A DNA stretch of 64,000 nt from a virus (Duplodnaviria > Caudoviricetes). The notes beneath the pieces were generated by a model that saw only the letters and a list, made by a program, of their open reading frames with translations, did not search any database and was not told the origin of the DNA. The stretch lies in IMG/VR virus record IMGVR_UViG_3300029288_000072, positions 64,001 to 128,000 of that record. One strand, given 5' to 3'. This document shows, piece after piece, positions 50,540-58,300 of the stretch. Position numbers and translations under genes: made by a program. Positions within the stretch are counted from its first letter, which is position 1. Each line of letters starts with the position of its first letter.

Positions 50540-51783
50540 GATATGTTACCCAAAATCCTTTCATTTTGTTTATATTCTTTAATTGAATCTAATGCATCTA
50601 AAATATTAGATTCAAGTATTTTTACTAGAAGATTTGGTTTGTTGAATGTTATTATCTTTGACAATAATGATACAATTGAATCTTTTTGAACTACAGGAAT
50701 TGAAAAGAATTTTAATAACCAATCTATATTATCAATTCCATCTTTATATTTATTATTCAACCATCCAACAATCTGATCTTGTGCTCCTTCAAAAATATCA
50801 TTTTTAACTTCTTCTTTTCCTTTAACTATAGTAGTTATAGTTTTCTTTATTATTTCTTCGTTTTCATCAAAATTCATAAGTGTAAATAAATCTAACGCTT
50901 CTAGACGTTCTGTATATTGTGATAACCAATCATCGCGGAAATTTGATCCTAAATATATTCCTAAAATAATACATGCTCGTTCTTTAATCCATTTTGCATC
51001 TTTTTTATCTATATGTGACATTACATTTATTATACTTCTACGCGATGGTTCTACTTCAAATGGCATAGAAAATTGTTTAATTTCAATATATGATGTATTT
51101 TTATGTAGAACCTTCATAGTTGTTCTACCAATCTTATTTTTTGCAAATGCCAAAAATTCATCTGTAGATGGTTCAAGAATAAGGTGTCCGCATCTATCTC
51201 TCAATGCATCATCTGCTTCAAATGAATCATTTACGTTATAATTTCCTGTTGTTGGATTGCATGCCGCAACTACGAAATCGTCTTGTCCAATTTTATGTGT
51301 ATGAATTTTTCCTTCAATTAAAAATGGTAACATTGCGGCAAGAACGAATTGGTTCCCTCGGTTAAATTCGTCAAGAAAATAACATGTCTTAATACCATCA
51401 TTCTTTAACCATTCTGGTTTAGCCCAAATTGTTTTACTTTGTGTTGTTGCACCATCTTTAAAATACGCAGTAATATATTCTTTTTCGTCATGATCTAATG
51501 ATTTTCCAGAAATTGCTTTTGAAAACAAAGAATAAACTTTTTCAGAATCACAATCTCCAGGAACAACTTTCATCATACCAATTAAATCAACAACATCTTG
51601 TGTTGCTAAATGTAATACTACACATCTATATCCACGTTTATCACACCATTGATAAACACCTTGTGTTTTACCAACTGCTTTTATACCCCATACACAAAAT
51701 GGTACTTTTGATTCAGCAGAAAAATCTAATGCATAGTGAAATTGATGCATATCGACTATTTGAACATGTTTTGATTCGCCCAT
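50536..51783 (-). CDS. MoxR-like AAA+ ATPase
   Basis: WGIKAVGKT Walker A, FLDEFNRG Walker B, VAACNP, DALRDR. Confidence 0.9.
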   Translation of the reverse strand: MGESKHVQIVDMHQFHYALDFSAESKVPFCVWGIKAVGKTQGVYQWCDKRGYRCVVLHLATQDVVDLIGMMKVVPGDCDSEKVYSLFSKAISGKSLDHDEKEYITAYFKDGATTQSKTIWAKPEWLKNDGIKTCYFLDEFNRGNQFVLAAMLPFLIEGKIHTHKIGQDDFVVAACNPTTGNYNVNDSFEADDALRDRCGHLILEPSTDEFLAFAKNKIGRTTMKVLHKNTSYIEIKQFSMPFEVEPSRRSIINVMSHIDKKDAKWIKERACIILGIYLGSNFRDDWLSQYTERLEALDLFTLMNFDENEEIIKKTITTIVKGKEEVKNDIFEGAQDQIVGWLNNKYKDGIDNIDWLLKFFSIPVVQKDSIVSLLSKIITFNKPNLLVKILESNILDALDSIKEYKQNERILGNIS

Positions 51784-51812
51784 TTAAATCATATTCCTTT
51801 CTTTCTTTAAAA

Positions 51813-51840
51813 AGTATACAGTATTAATATAAGAAGTCAA
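51813..51840 (-). promoter_or_regulatory. early promoter TTGACT-N16-TATACT
   Basis: Upstream of the ATPase. Confidence 0.7.
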
Positions 51841-51846
51841 ATAATT

Positions 51847-53730
51847 TTAATTCCACCAATCATTTTCACCATCCTGATGAATAACTTTAAATCCTCTATC
51901 ATGTAGAGATTTACATACCCCCTCGTTTCCAGATGCACTTATGAAAACAACTATTGGATAATCATATGTATTATTTAAATCAGATTCGACCCATCCATCA
52001 GTAAAAACAACTACCAATTTTTTATTTCTTTCGTTTCTAAGCATATCTAATGGTATGCAAAGATTGGTTCCTCCTGTTTCTGGAATACCTATTTTTTTAA
52101 CTTGCTTTAATGGAACTGTTACATCCAATGACACTGTACTATGAAATTGAATATATCTAACATGAGGATGATCTATTTGTTTTGCAATTTTTTCTATTTC
52201 ATTCACGAATCTATTATAATCTTCCATATTAATAGAACCAGAAACGTCCATAACAATTATAAGATCAAAACTTTTTAACCTTGCTTTTCCAGGAAACATT
52301 CCCGGTGCTCCTCTTGCTTCTCGTTTCATAGTATAATCATGAGTTTTTGCACCTAAACATCTCATTATTTGGTTTTTTAATAGTCTATCCCAATCTTTTG
52401 TATCTGTTTTGTATAATCCTTCAATTGCTTTTATAAATGATTTATTTAAATTAAATGGTTTTAAACGTTCAAGATCTGATATATCTTTTATTTCTCCTCT
52501 TGCCAACATTTCATCAACCGTTCTTTTAACATCATTACTTAAAACCTTTTTCATTTCTGATGAAATAGGATTGAAATTTTCAAATTGTGTTTTTCCATTA
52601 TCAGATCTTCCAATACCACCCAATGCATTTTTTATTGCCTCTGCCTTTTCTCCTTCTGACATGTTATCCCATTCATCCGAATCTCCGTCATTTTCTTTTC
52701 CCAAAACGTGTTGGAAGAAATCATACATATCTCCGTCTTCTCCATCGTCTATATCCCCATTATTTTCATCTTTTGATGATTCTTCATTATCATCATTTTC
52801 ATTTTTCTCACCCTTTGCCTTTTTACTTTTCATTCCTTTCTTTAATTTTGATTTTTTTAATACGTTTCCTAAACTTTGTCCTGCTTTTATTAATAAAGAA
52901 TAATAATATTCAAATGGTTGATTTAAAAATAAAGGATCAAACTGTTCAATATTAATTAATTTTATTTCGTTAGATACAGATAATTTGTTTTTTATTCTTT
53001 CTCCTATAAATGCATATAAATTTTTTATTTTCTCATCATCTTTTAATGGTGCCCCGCCTTCATAAAATGTATATAATAATTCTTTATTTAAAGTAGTCAT
53101 AAACATATCATTAAATTCTGCAAAATCTAGCGTTTGATTAATTGCAAAATCTTGTGCAATGTTAGCTATTTTATGTTCTTTTGCTTTTCTATCTTTTGAT
53201 AAATGGTTCCATGCACAATGCATGACTTCATGAACTATAACTGACATAAAACATCGTACTAATGATGTTTGCTGATACCTATCAGAAGTAATAATTTCTT
53301 TAGATGTTAATAAATCTATCCATCTTGAAAATCTATCGGGTAGCCATCCACCATCATGAAATGCATCATTTAATTCTCTATCAATACCATTTATGTATTC
53401 ATTTTTTAATTTTCCAATGCATAGCGGACGAAGTATATAAAACCAAAGTTTATATGGATTTATTCGAATTGTTATTCTTCTAATAGAAGGATTATATTGA
53501 CAACATGCGATTGCATCATGCCAAAAATCATCAATTAAATTAAATCTATTAATTAAACGTTTAATAAACATTCCTGGATCATATACAGAATGTTTATTTA
53601 TAAGTGTATCAACTGTACTAAGATATACATTTACTAACGGGTTAACAGTTAATTTTTTAACTTCTTTTATTTTACCTTTTTCTTCTTCTGAATTAACCTG
53701 TTTATCTACTTTATCAAATTCAACAGACAC
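51847..53730 (-). CDS. DUF2201-type metallopeptidase-like + VWA protein
   Basis: HEVMH, NIAQDFAIN, MIDAS DVSGS, GGT, VFTDG; GTG start at 53730 after AGGAG (the track's TTG start is the -35 box). Confidence 0.88.
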   Translation of the reverse strand: MSVEFDKVDKQVNSEEEKGKIKEVKKLTVNPLVNVYLSTVDTLINKHSVYDPGMFIKRLINRFNLIDDFWHDAIACCQYNPSIRRITIRINPYKLWFYILRPLCIGKLKNEYINGIDRELNDAFHDGGWLPDRFSRWIDLLTSKEIITSDRYQQTSLVRCFMSVIVHEVMHCAWNHLSKDRKAKEHKIANIAQDFAINQTLDFAEFNDMFMTTLNKELLYTFYEGGAPLKDDEKIKNLYAFIGERIKNKLSVSNEIKLINIEQFDPLFLNQPFEYYYSLLIKAGQSLGNVLKKSKLKKGMKSKKAKGEKNENDDNEESSKDENNGDIDDGEDGDMYDFFQHVLGKENDGDSDEWDNMSEGEKAEAIKNALGGIGRSDNGKTQFENFNPISSEMKKVLSNDVKRTVDEMLARGEIKDISDLERLKPFNLNKSFIKAIEGLYKTDTKDWDRLLKNQIMRCLGAKTHDYTMKREARGAPGMFPGKARLKSFDLIIVMDVSGSINMEDYNRFVNEIEKIAKQIDHPHVRYIQFHSTVSLDVTVPLKQVKKIGIPETGGTNLCIPLDMLRNERNKKLVVVFTDGWVESDLNNTYDYPIVVFISASGNEGVCKSLHDRGFKVIHQDGENDWWN

Positions 53731-53756
53731 AACAAAATCTCCTAAATAGATGTTGT

Positions 53757-53784
53757 ATCTTAACCTTAGATATTTTAAAGTCAA
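53757..53784 (-). promoter_or_regulatory. early promoter TTGACT-N16-TAAGAT
   Basis: Upstream of the VWA gene RBS. Confidence 0.55.
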
Positions 53785-54279
53785 TTAAAAAATTGCTAGA
53801 ACAGGAATAACAGTCTTTAATGCAGTAGCTCCAGCCCTGACACCAATATCTGTTAGTTTATTTAAAATAACATCTAAAGTATTTTTAAATTCATTCCAAA
53901 ATGAATGTAGTTGTTCTGCTACTGCTGGACCAAGCATTGATGTTTTAGTAATCAATTGTCTATATTGTAATAACTCATCAACTGTTAACTTGTCTAAATC
54001 CTTTATCGACATTAAAAATGCTAAATTTATTGCATATTCTTTTTGTTCTTTCGTTAGTCCTAATAAGACTTTTCCATTGTCTTTTAAAAATTTTATACTC
54101 TCTCCAATAATAACATCTTGTGCATCATCTTTCATTGCAGATAATAATTCTCTAGCCTGAAATTCTCTTTTACCAGCATCAATATCAGTTGATAATTGTA
54201 CAACCTCTTGAGAAGTAGTATTATCAAATAAATCTGCAATAAATTTAAATATTGCTCTTAATATTTTTTGTAAACTCAT
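53785..54279 (-). CDS. hypothetical helical protein
   Basis: 164-aa ORF coupled to the lipoprotein gene. Confidence 0.7.
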   Translation of the reverse strand: MSLQKILRAIFKFIADLFDNTTSQEVVQLSTDIDAGKREFQARELLSAMKDDAQDVIIGESIKFLKDNGKVLLGLTKEQKEYAINLAFLMSIKDLDKLTVDELLQYRQLITKTSMLGPAVAEQLHSFWNEFKNTLDVILNKLTDIGVRAGATALKTVIPVLAIF

Positions 54280-54518
54280 TTACCACCACCATTTTTGATT
54301 GTTTCGGATGTTGCTTTGATTAATTTATTATCTTCTTCTATAATCATACGATATATTTCAAGTTTCTTTTCTATTGGATATTCTTCTGTCTTTTTTAACA
54401 ATTCTTCATTAGTCTCTGCGGCACGATCTAAAATATAAGTATAATTTTCTGGCATCCTCACACACGATGAAGATACTGCTAATAAAATTATTACAGTTGC
54501 TAATAGTGTATTTCTCAT
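54276..54518 (-). CDS. putative lipoprotein
   Basis: MRNTLLATVIILLAVSSSC signal with Cys. Confidence 0.65.
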   Translation of the reverse strand: MRNTLLATVIILLAVSSSCVRMPENYTYILDRAAETNEELLKKTEEYPIEKKLEIYRMIIEEDNKLIKATSETIKNGGGK

Positions 54519-54535
54519 ATATATCCTTTTGTATA

Positions 54536-54880
54536 TTATAACTCTTTTAAATGATTTTTAGTTTTTTCGTCATCTGTTAAACAACAGTCTTTTGTCCAAA
54601 CCTCTGTAAATGTTGCTATTATTTTTTCAAAAATATAATTCCACAATTCATCAGACACACCAGGAAGTTTTTGTTTTAAATCGTCTTTACACTTATTTGC
54701 TGTTTCTTTTATTGTTTGTTTCAATGTTTCGTTATATTCTTCTCTATAACCTTTAGCAAATGTTTGTACCCATTCAGTAATTGCCTCTTTTCCTGGGTCT
54801 CTTCCCATTTTTGTACCTTTAATCCATTTATATTTCATCATCTCATTAACTTGATTTTCAAGATACTTTTTAAGGTCCAT
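54536..54880 (-). CDS. DUF4032-like protein
   Basis: E-x-x-KYKWI...GRDPG..A..EW motif. Confidence 0.6.
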   Translation of the reverse strand: MDLKKYLENQVNEMMKYKWIKGTKMGRDPGKEAITEWVQTFAKGYREEYNETLKQTIKETANKCKDDLKQKLPGVSDELWNYIFEKIIATFTEVWTKDCCLTDDEKTKNHLKEL

Positions 54881-54892
54881 GCAATACCTCTT

Positions 54893-55852
54893 TCAAATAT
54901 TTTCTGGATGTTCTGCTGGTTCTTCTTCTATATCTACATCTTTTAATGCAATTTCAAACAATCCTATAGAATAATGTCCTACATTTCCTTGTGTATGATG
55001 TTGTGCATAATCGGCAATTTTAATTCCATCATAATCAGATTCTTCTATTTTTTTAAATAAATTATACTTTTGATATTGCAAATCTGTTAAATCTGATTCT
55101 ATTGTTTCTCCATCGGTCATATCATATATTTTTAAATCCCTTTTTGGTATTATTGTTAATAATCTACCTTTTTCTTTAAAACTTGCAGGATTTAATGTAT
55201 TTCCAGAAGTTTTCAGTTCCCATCTATGATTTTTATCATGAGAACTTTCTTGTTTGGGTATATATCCTAATTCTTTTAATTTAACATTAATATATTCATT
55301 AATTTTATATTCGGGAGAAGTATCATAATATTTTTGTTTTAGTTCTTTTACTTCTTTTTCAAGTTTTGCATATAATTCCATTTTTGATGCAAAAACAGAT
55401 TTTTCGTCATTATATTTAATGCTTTTTTCTAATTCTTTTAAATCATTTTCTTTTTTAATAAGTTCTCTTGATAATTGATTATGAGATTTCCATAAATCTT
55501 GAAATATAGAGGGATATCTAAAACTTTTTGCTCTACCAGTCTGGTCAAATTCTACATCATTATAATCGTATTCTATTCCAATTATCTTTTGTATGTTTTG
55601 GATTGTTTTATCTAATGATGGACCTGCAATATGTTTCGTGTTTAAATGATTTGTTCCTGCTGATACTGGAATATAACTACTTGATATTTTTTTATTTAAA
55701 GAAGTCCAAAAAACATCATCTATTCCTGGTGCTATTTTTTCTTTTTCGTATTGTTCAACTGTCCCATGATATAACTTTGTCCCTTTTGGAACAACTAATG
55801 TATGTCCATCATTTTCTAAAAGTATTTTTAAAACTTTTTTTAGTAACATCAT
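54893..55852 (-). CDS. ADP-ribosyltransferase-fold-like protein with coiled-coil insertion
   Basis: KLYHGT, FWTS..ISSSY, LKIYD, YDGIKI; likely start MMLLKK downstream of the late promoter. Confidence 0.55.
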   Translation of the reverse strand: MMLLKKVLKILLENDGHTLVVPKGTKLYHGTVEQYEKEKIAPGIDDVFWTSLNKKISSSYIPVSAGTNHLNTKHIAGPSLDKTIQNIQKIIGIEYDYNDVEFDQTGRAKSFRYPSIFQDLWKSHNQLSRELIKKENDLKELEKSIKYNDEKSVFASKMELYAKLEKEVKELKQKYYDTSPEYKINEYINVKLKELGYIPKQESSHDKNHRWELKTSGNTLNPASFKEKGRLLTIIPKRDLKIYDMTDGETIESDLTDLQYQKYNLFKKIEESDYDGIKIADYAQHHTQGNVGHYSIGLFEIALKDVDIEEEPAEHPENI

Positions 55853-55860
55853 ATAATTTT

Positions 55861-55868
55861 TATTTATA
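55861..55868 (-). promoter_or_regulatory. T4-type late promoter TATAAATA
   Basis: Exact motif immediately after a terminator. Confidence 0.7.
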
Positions 55869-55869
55869 C

Positions 55870-55909
55870 AAAAAAACATTAATCCGCTAAAGCATAGCGG
55901 ATTAATGTT
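55870..55909 (-). terminator. intrinsic terminator
   Basis: 15-bp perfect stem AACATTAATCCGCTA/TAGCGGATTAATGTT followed by a U tract. Confidence 0.85.
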
Positions 55910-55942
55910 ATGAGTCTATCTAAATTGTTGTTCCGATCTATT

Positions 55943-56146
55943 TCACTTGCCTTGATGTGGATGCTTACCAGGATTGCGATCCTGCTTTGGCATTGGAGGC
56001 ATTGACTTATCGCCCTTGCCTACACCCTTATATCCCTCATTCTTATGAGGATGTTCACGAACTGACTTATCCTTACAAGGACAACCTTTACGGACATCAT
56101 CACCACCAACTTGCTTTGTGCATGGCTTATCTTCTTTAGCTTTCAT
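55943..56146 (-). CDS. small basic Lys/Pro/Gly-rich protein
   Basis: AAGGAG RBS, own late promoter and terminator. Confidence 0.75.
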   Translation of the reverse strand: MKAKEDKPCTKQVGGDDVRKGCPCKDKSVREHPHKNEGYKGVGKGDKSMPPMPKQDRNPGKHPHQGK

Positions 56147-56184
56147 TATATTCTCCTTAGTCCTTTTGGACGTTCTTATGTATT

Positions 56185-56192
56185 TATTTATA
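56185..56192 (-). promoter_or_regulatory. T4-type late promoter TATAAATA
   Basis: Exact motif upstream of 56146. Confidence 0.7.
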
Positions 56193-56201
56193 TTTAAAAC
56201 C

Positions 56202-56879
56202 TTAAATTTCTATTTCTTCTTTTTTAGGAAATCTCAATATTTTCATGTGTGCATCTGGATTAGTACCATATCTACATATCCATTTTTGTAACCATTTTAT
56301 ATATAAATGTTTTTGATTATTTTCAAACTCTTTTATATTATCTACTTTAGAAAACTCTTTCCAATGATCTAATAATACATCATATTCTATTTTTAATGCA
56401 TAATCTTCTACCATATGATCTAATGCATAATCTTTATCTATTATTCGTGTCATTGTGCATAAAAACGCATATGCAGCAAATTCTAAATTGGTATATCTAT
56501 CAACTTTTACAATTGTCTCCCTAAATGGGGCTAACGATTTTAAATATCCCATATAATATTTTTCACCACTTAATCCAATTCCTCTAAAAATATGTGTTCC
56601 GTTTCCAGGAACCACAAAATTAGTATCATCCTCGTCCCATATTATAGGCTCTCCTGTAGAATCTACTGGAATTATAGGATAATCAAAATTTGGTACATAT
56701 ACACCTATATTAAATTCTATTATAGGATCTTGTAAATTATCATTGTTGATATCTGGTTTACCATGTAAAACATCTTCAATTACCCGTAATGCTTCTATTT
56801 TACGTTGTTCAGAATCAAAGACATATATGCCTTTTTCAATATTCTTTAATGCTATTCTAGCTAACGTTTTTGGCTTCAT
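56202..56879 (-). CDS. hypothetical protein
   Basis: 225-aa ORF behind a TTGATT-N16-TATAAT promoter. Confidence 0.75.
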   Translation of the reverse strand: MKPKTLARIALKNIEKGIYVFDSEQRKIEALRVIEDVLHGKPDINNDNLQDPIIEFNIGVYVPNFDYPIIPVDSTGEPIIWDEDDTNFVVPGNGTHIFRGIGLSGEKYYMGYLKSLAPFRETIVKVDRYTNLEFAAYAFLCTMTRIIDKDYALDHMVEDYALKIEYDVLLDHWKEFSKVDNIKEFENNQKHLYIKWLQKWICRYGTNPDAHMKILRFPKKEEIEI

Positions 56880-56887
56880 AATAGTTA

Positions 56888-56915
56888 ATTATACCACATA
56901 AAAATACAAAATCAA
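56888..56915 (-). promoter_or_regulatory. early promoter TTGATT-N16-TATAAT (near-leaderless)
   Basis: The -10 box lies 8 nt from the ATG at 56879. Confidence 0.6.
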
Positions 56916-56919
56916 GTTA

Positions 56920-57123
56920 TTATTTCAATCTTGTTTCTAATTCTTCTATAAAGTAAAAGAACCATTTTTCTTCTGGTGTTTTATCATCAGACCGATAATC
57001 GGCATTAGATTCTGCCCCTTTTATAAGCGATCTTGCTAACTTCCTGTTAGAACTATACTTAGATAATAGATCCTTTTTTAGCTTTTCTGCTTTTTCTTGT
57101 AAAAAAATTAAAGTCTTCCCCAT
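56920..57123 (-). CDS. hypothetical protein
   Basis: 67 aa, AAGGA RBS. Confidence 0.7.
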   Translation of the reverse strand: MGKTLIFLQEKAEKLKKDLLSKYSSNRKLARSLIKGAESNADYRSDDKTPEEKWFFYFIEELETRLK

Positions 57124-57166
57124 ATAATTTTCCTTTTAAAATTAAAAATATAAATTAGGTTTTATT

Positions 57167-57394
57167 TTAAACCGTCTTAAATCTTTCTAAAAATCTTTGA
57201 TACGACTTTTCTGTAAAAAATATTTGTCGTGCTTCAATCCAGTTTTTATTATAAAATGCTTCTATTACTCCATTATGTTCTCTAAATAATATTTCTTTCA
57301 TTTCTACACCTTTTATTTTACAATAACATGCAATTTTTATCCGTTTTGTTTTTTGTGGATTTAATCCTAATAAAGATTTTATCCAATTAAACAT
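57167..57394 (-). CDS. hypothetical protein
   Basis: 75 aa, AGGAG RBS, TATAAATA at 57421-57428. Confidence 0.7.
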   Translation of the reverse strand: MFNWIKSLLGLNPQKTKRIKIACYCKIKGVEMKEILFREHNGVIEAFYNKNWIEARQIFFTEKSYQRFLERFKTV

Positions 57395-57420
57395 CTCGGA
57401 TTTCTCCTACCTAATAAATT

Positions 57421-57428
57421 TATTTATA
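57421..57428 (-). promoter_or_regulatory. T4-type late promoter TATAAATA
   Basis: Exact intergenic motif. Confidence 0.65.
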
Positions 57429-57728
57429 TCATTGTTGTGTTGTGTATAACGTAATTGATGTTCCGCATTCTGTTGTATGTTTATACAATAGCTCATCGGT
57501 AGAATCACTACATGTGGTCCACATAGGAGGATTTAGCTGCCAGGGATTTATAGGCGTTGCCCATGGATTTGTAGGAGTCACTGGAATAGAAGGAATTACT
57601 ATCTCTTTCTTACCAAATAATCCCTCTAATTGTGTGAATAATTCTTTTGCTTCTTCTAGTGGTAATGACATAGTAGTACCATCTTTTAAAGTTATTTCAA
57701 TTTTTGTTATTTTAACTGTTTTACTCAT
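57429..57728 (-). CDS. hypothetical protein with Pro-Trp-rich tail
   Basis: L.LEEAKELF..L..LFG followed by PxW repeats, a common phage pattern. Confidence 0.7.
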   Translation of the reverse strand: MSKTVKITKIEITLKDGTTMSLPLEEAKELFTQLEGLFGKKEIVIPSIPVTPTNPWATPINPWQLNPPMWTTCSDSTDELLYKHTTECGTSITLYTTQQ

Positions 57729-57967
57729 TTTAAATCCCCTTCAATTTGTTCTAAAATCAATGCGGTAGATAATTCTTTTGGTGTTATAGATCTTTTTAAA
57801 ACATCTGATAAAACTTTACATATTTCTAATTCACAATTTTTGCGAACAAAACCAGCATACAAAGTCTTATCTACTGTATATATAAGTTTTTCATTTAAAT
57901 AAAGATTTGTTTCTTCATCTGTGCCTTTATACTCTTTTTTTAATTGTATTTTATATTTAATTGACAT
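57725..57967 (-). CDS. hypothetical protein
   Basis: 80 aa, coupled overlaps. Confidence 0.65.
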   Translation of the reverse strand: MSIKYKIQLKKEYKGTDEETNLYLNEKLIYTVDKTLYAGFVRKNCELEICKVLSDVLKRSITPKELSTALILEQIEGDLK

Positions 57968-58217
57968 CTTTATCTGCTACTATTATTTTTTTATCGGTTA
58001 AATATTTAACTAAATTTTCTGGATTTATATTTACGCCAATTTCTTTTGAAACGGCATTAGCCAATTTCTCTACTTCTGTTTTTCTTCCATGTATTTCATC
58101 CTCAAATAATGATTGTAAAGACATATTATATATGACTTTACCATTAATTGCATATGGTCTAACGGTGTTTCCTGTCTGGTCAGAAACACATGGTAATGCT
58201 TCAAACGAATATTTCAT
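57957..58217 (-). CDS. hypothetical protein
   Basis: Likely start MKYSF at 58217, downstream of the promoter at 58225-58252. Confidence 0.65.
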   Translation of the reverse strand: MKYSFEALPCVSDQTGNTVRPYAINGKVIYNMSLQSLFEDEIHGRKTEVEKLANAVSKEIGVNINPENLVKYLTDKKIIVADKDVN

Positions 58218-58224
58218 GATAATG

Positions 58225-58252
58225 ATTATAACATCTAAAAAATAAAAGTCAA
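58225..58252 (-). promoter_or_regulatory. early promoter TTGACT-N16-TATAAT (near-leaderless)
   Basis: Consensus boxes 7 nt from the ATG. Confidence 0.65.
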
Positions 58253-58255
58253 TAA

Positions 58256-58293
58256 TTAAAAATGCTCCCATTAAGTTTTTAAGTTAATGGGAG
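58256..58293 (-). terminator. intrinsic terminator
   Basis: CTCCCATTAA/TTAATGGGAG 10-bp stem then CATTTTT, after the 58301 gene. Confidence 0.7.
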
Positions 58294-58300
58294 TTTAAAA

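Noticed and set aside
53731-53784. ORF-track N-terminal extensions (also 55853..55879, 58218..58271, 59879..59914)
   Set aside because: They overlap promoter, terminator or leader elements; downstream starts fit the RBS or promoter positions better
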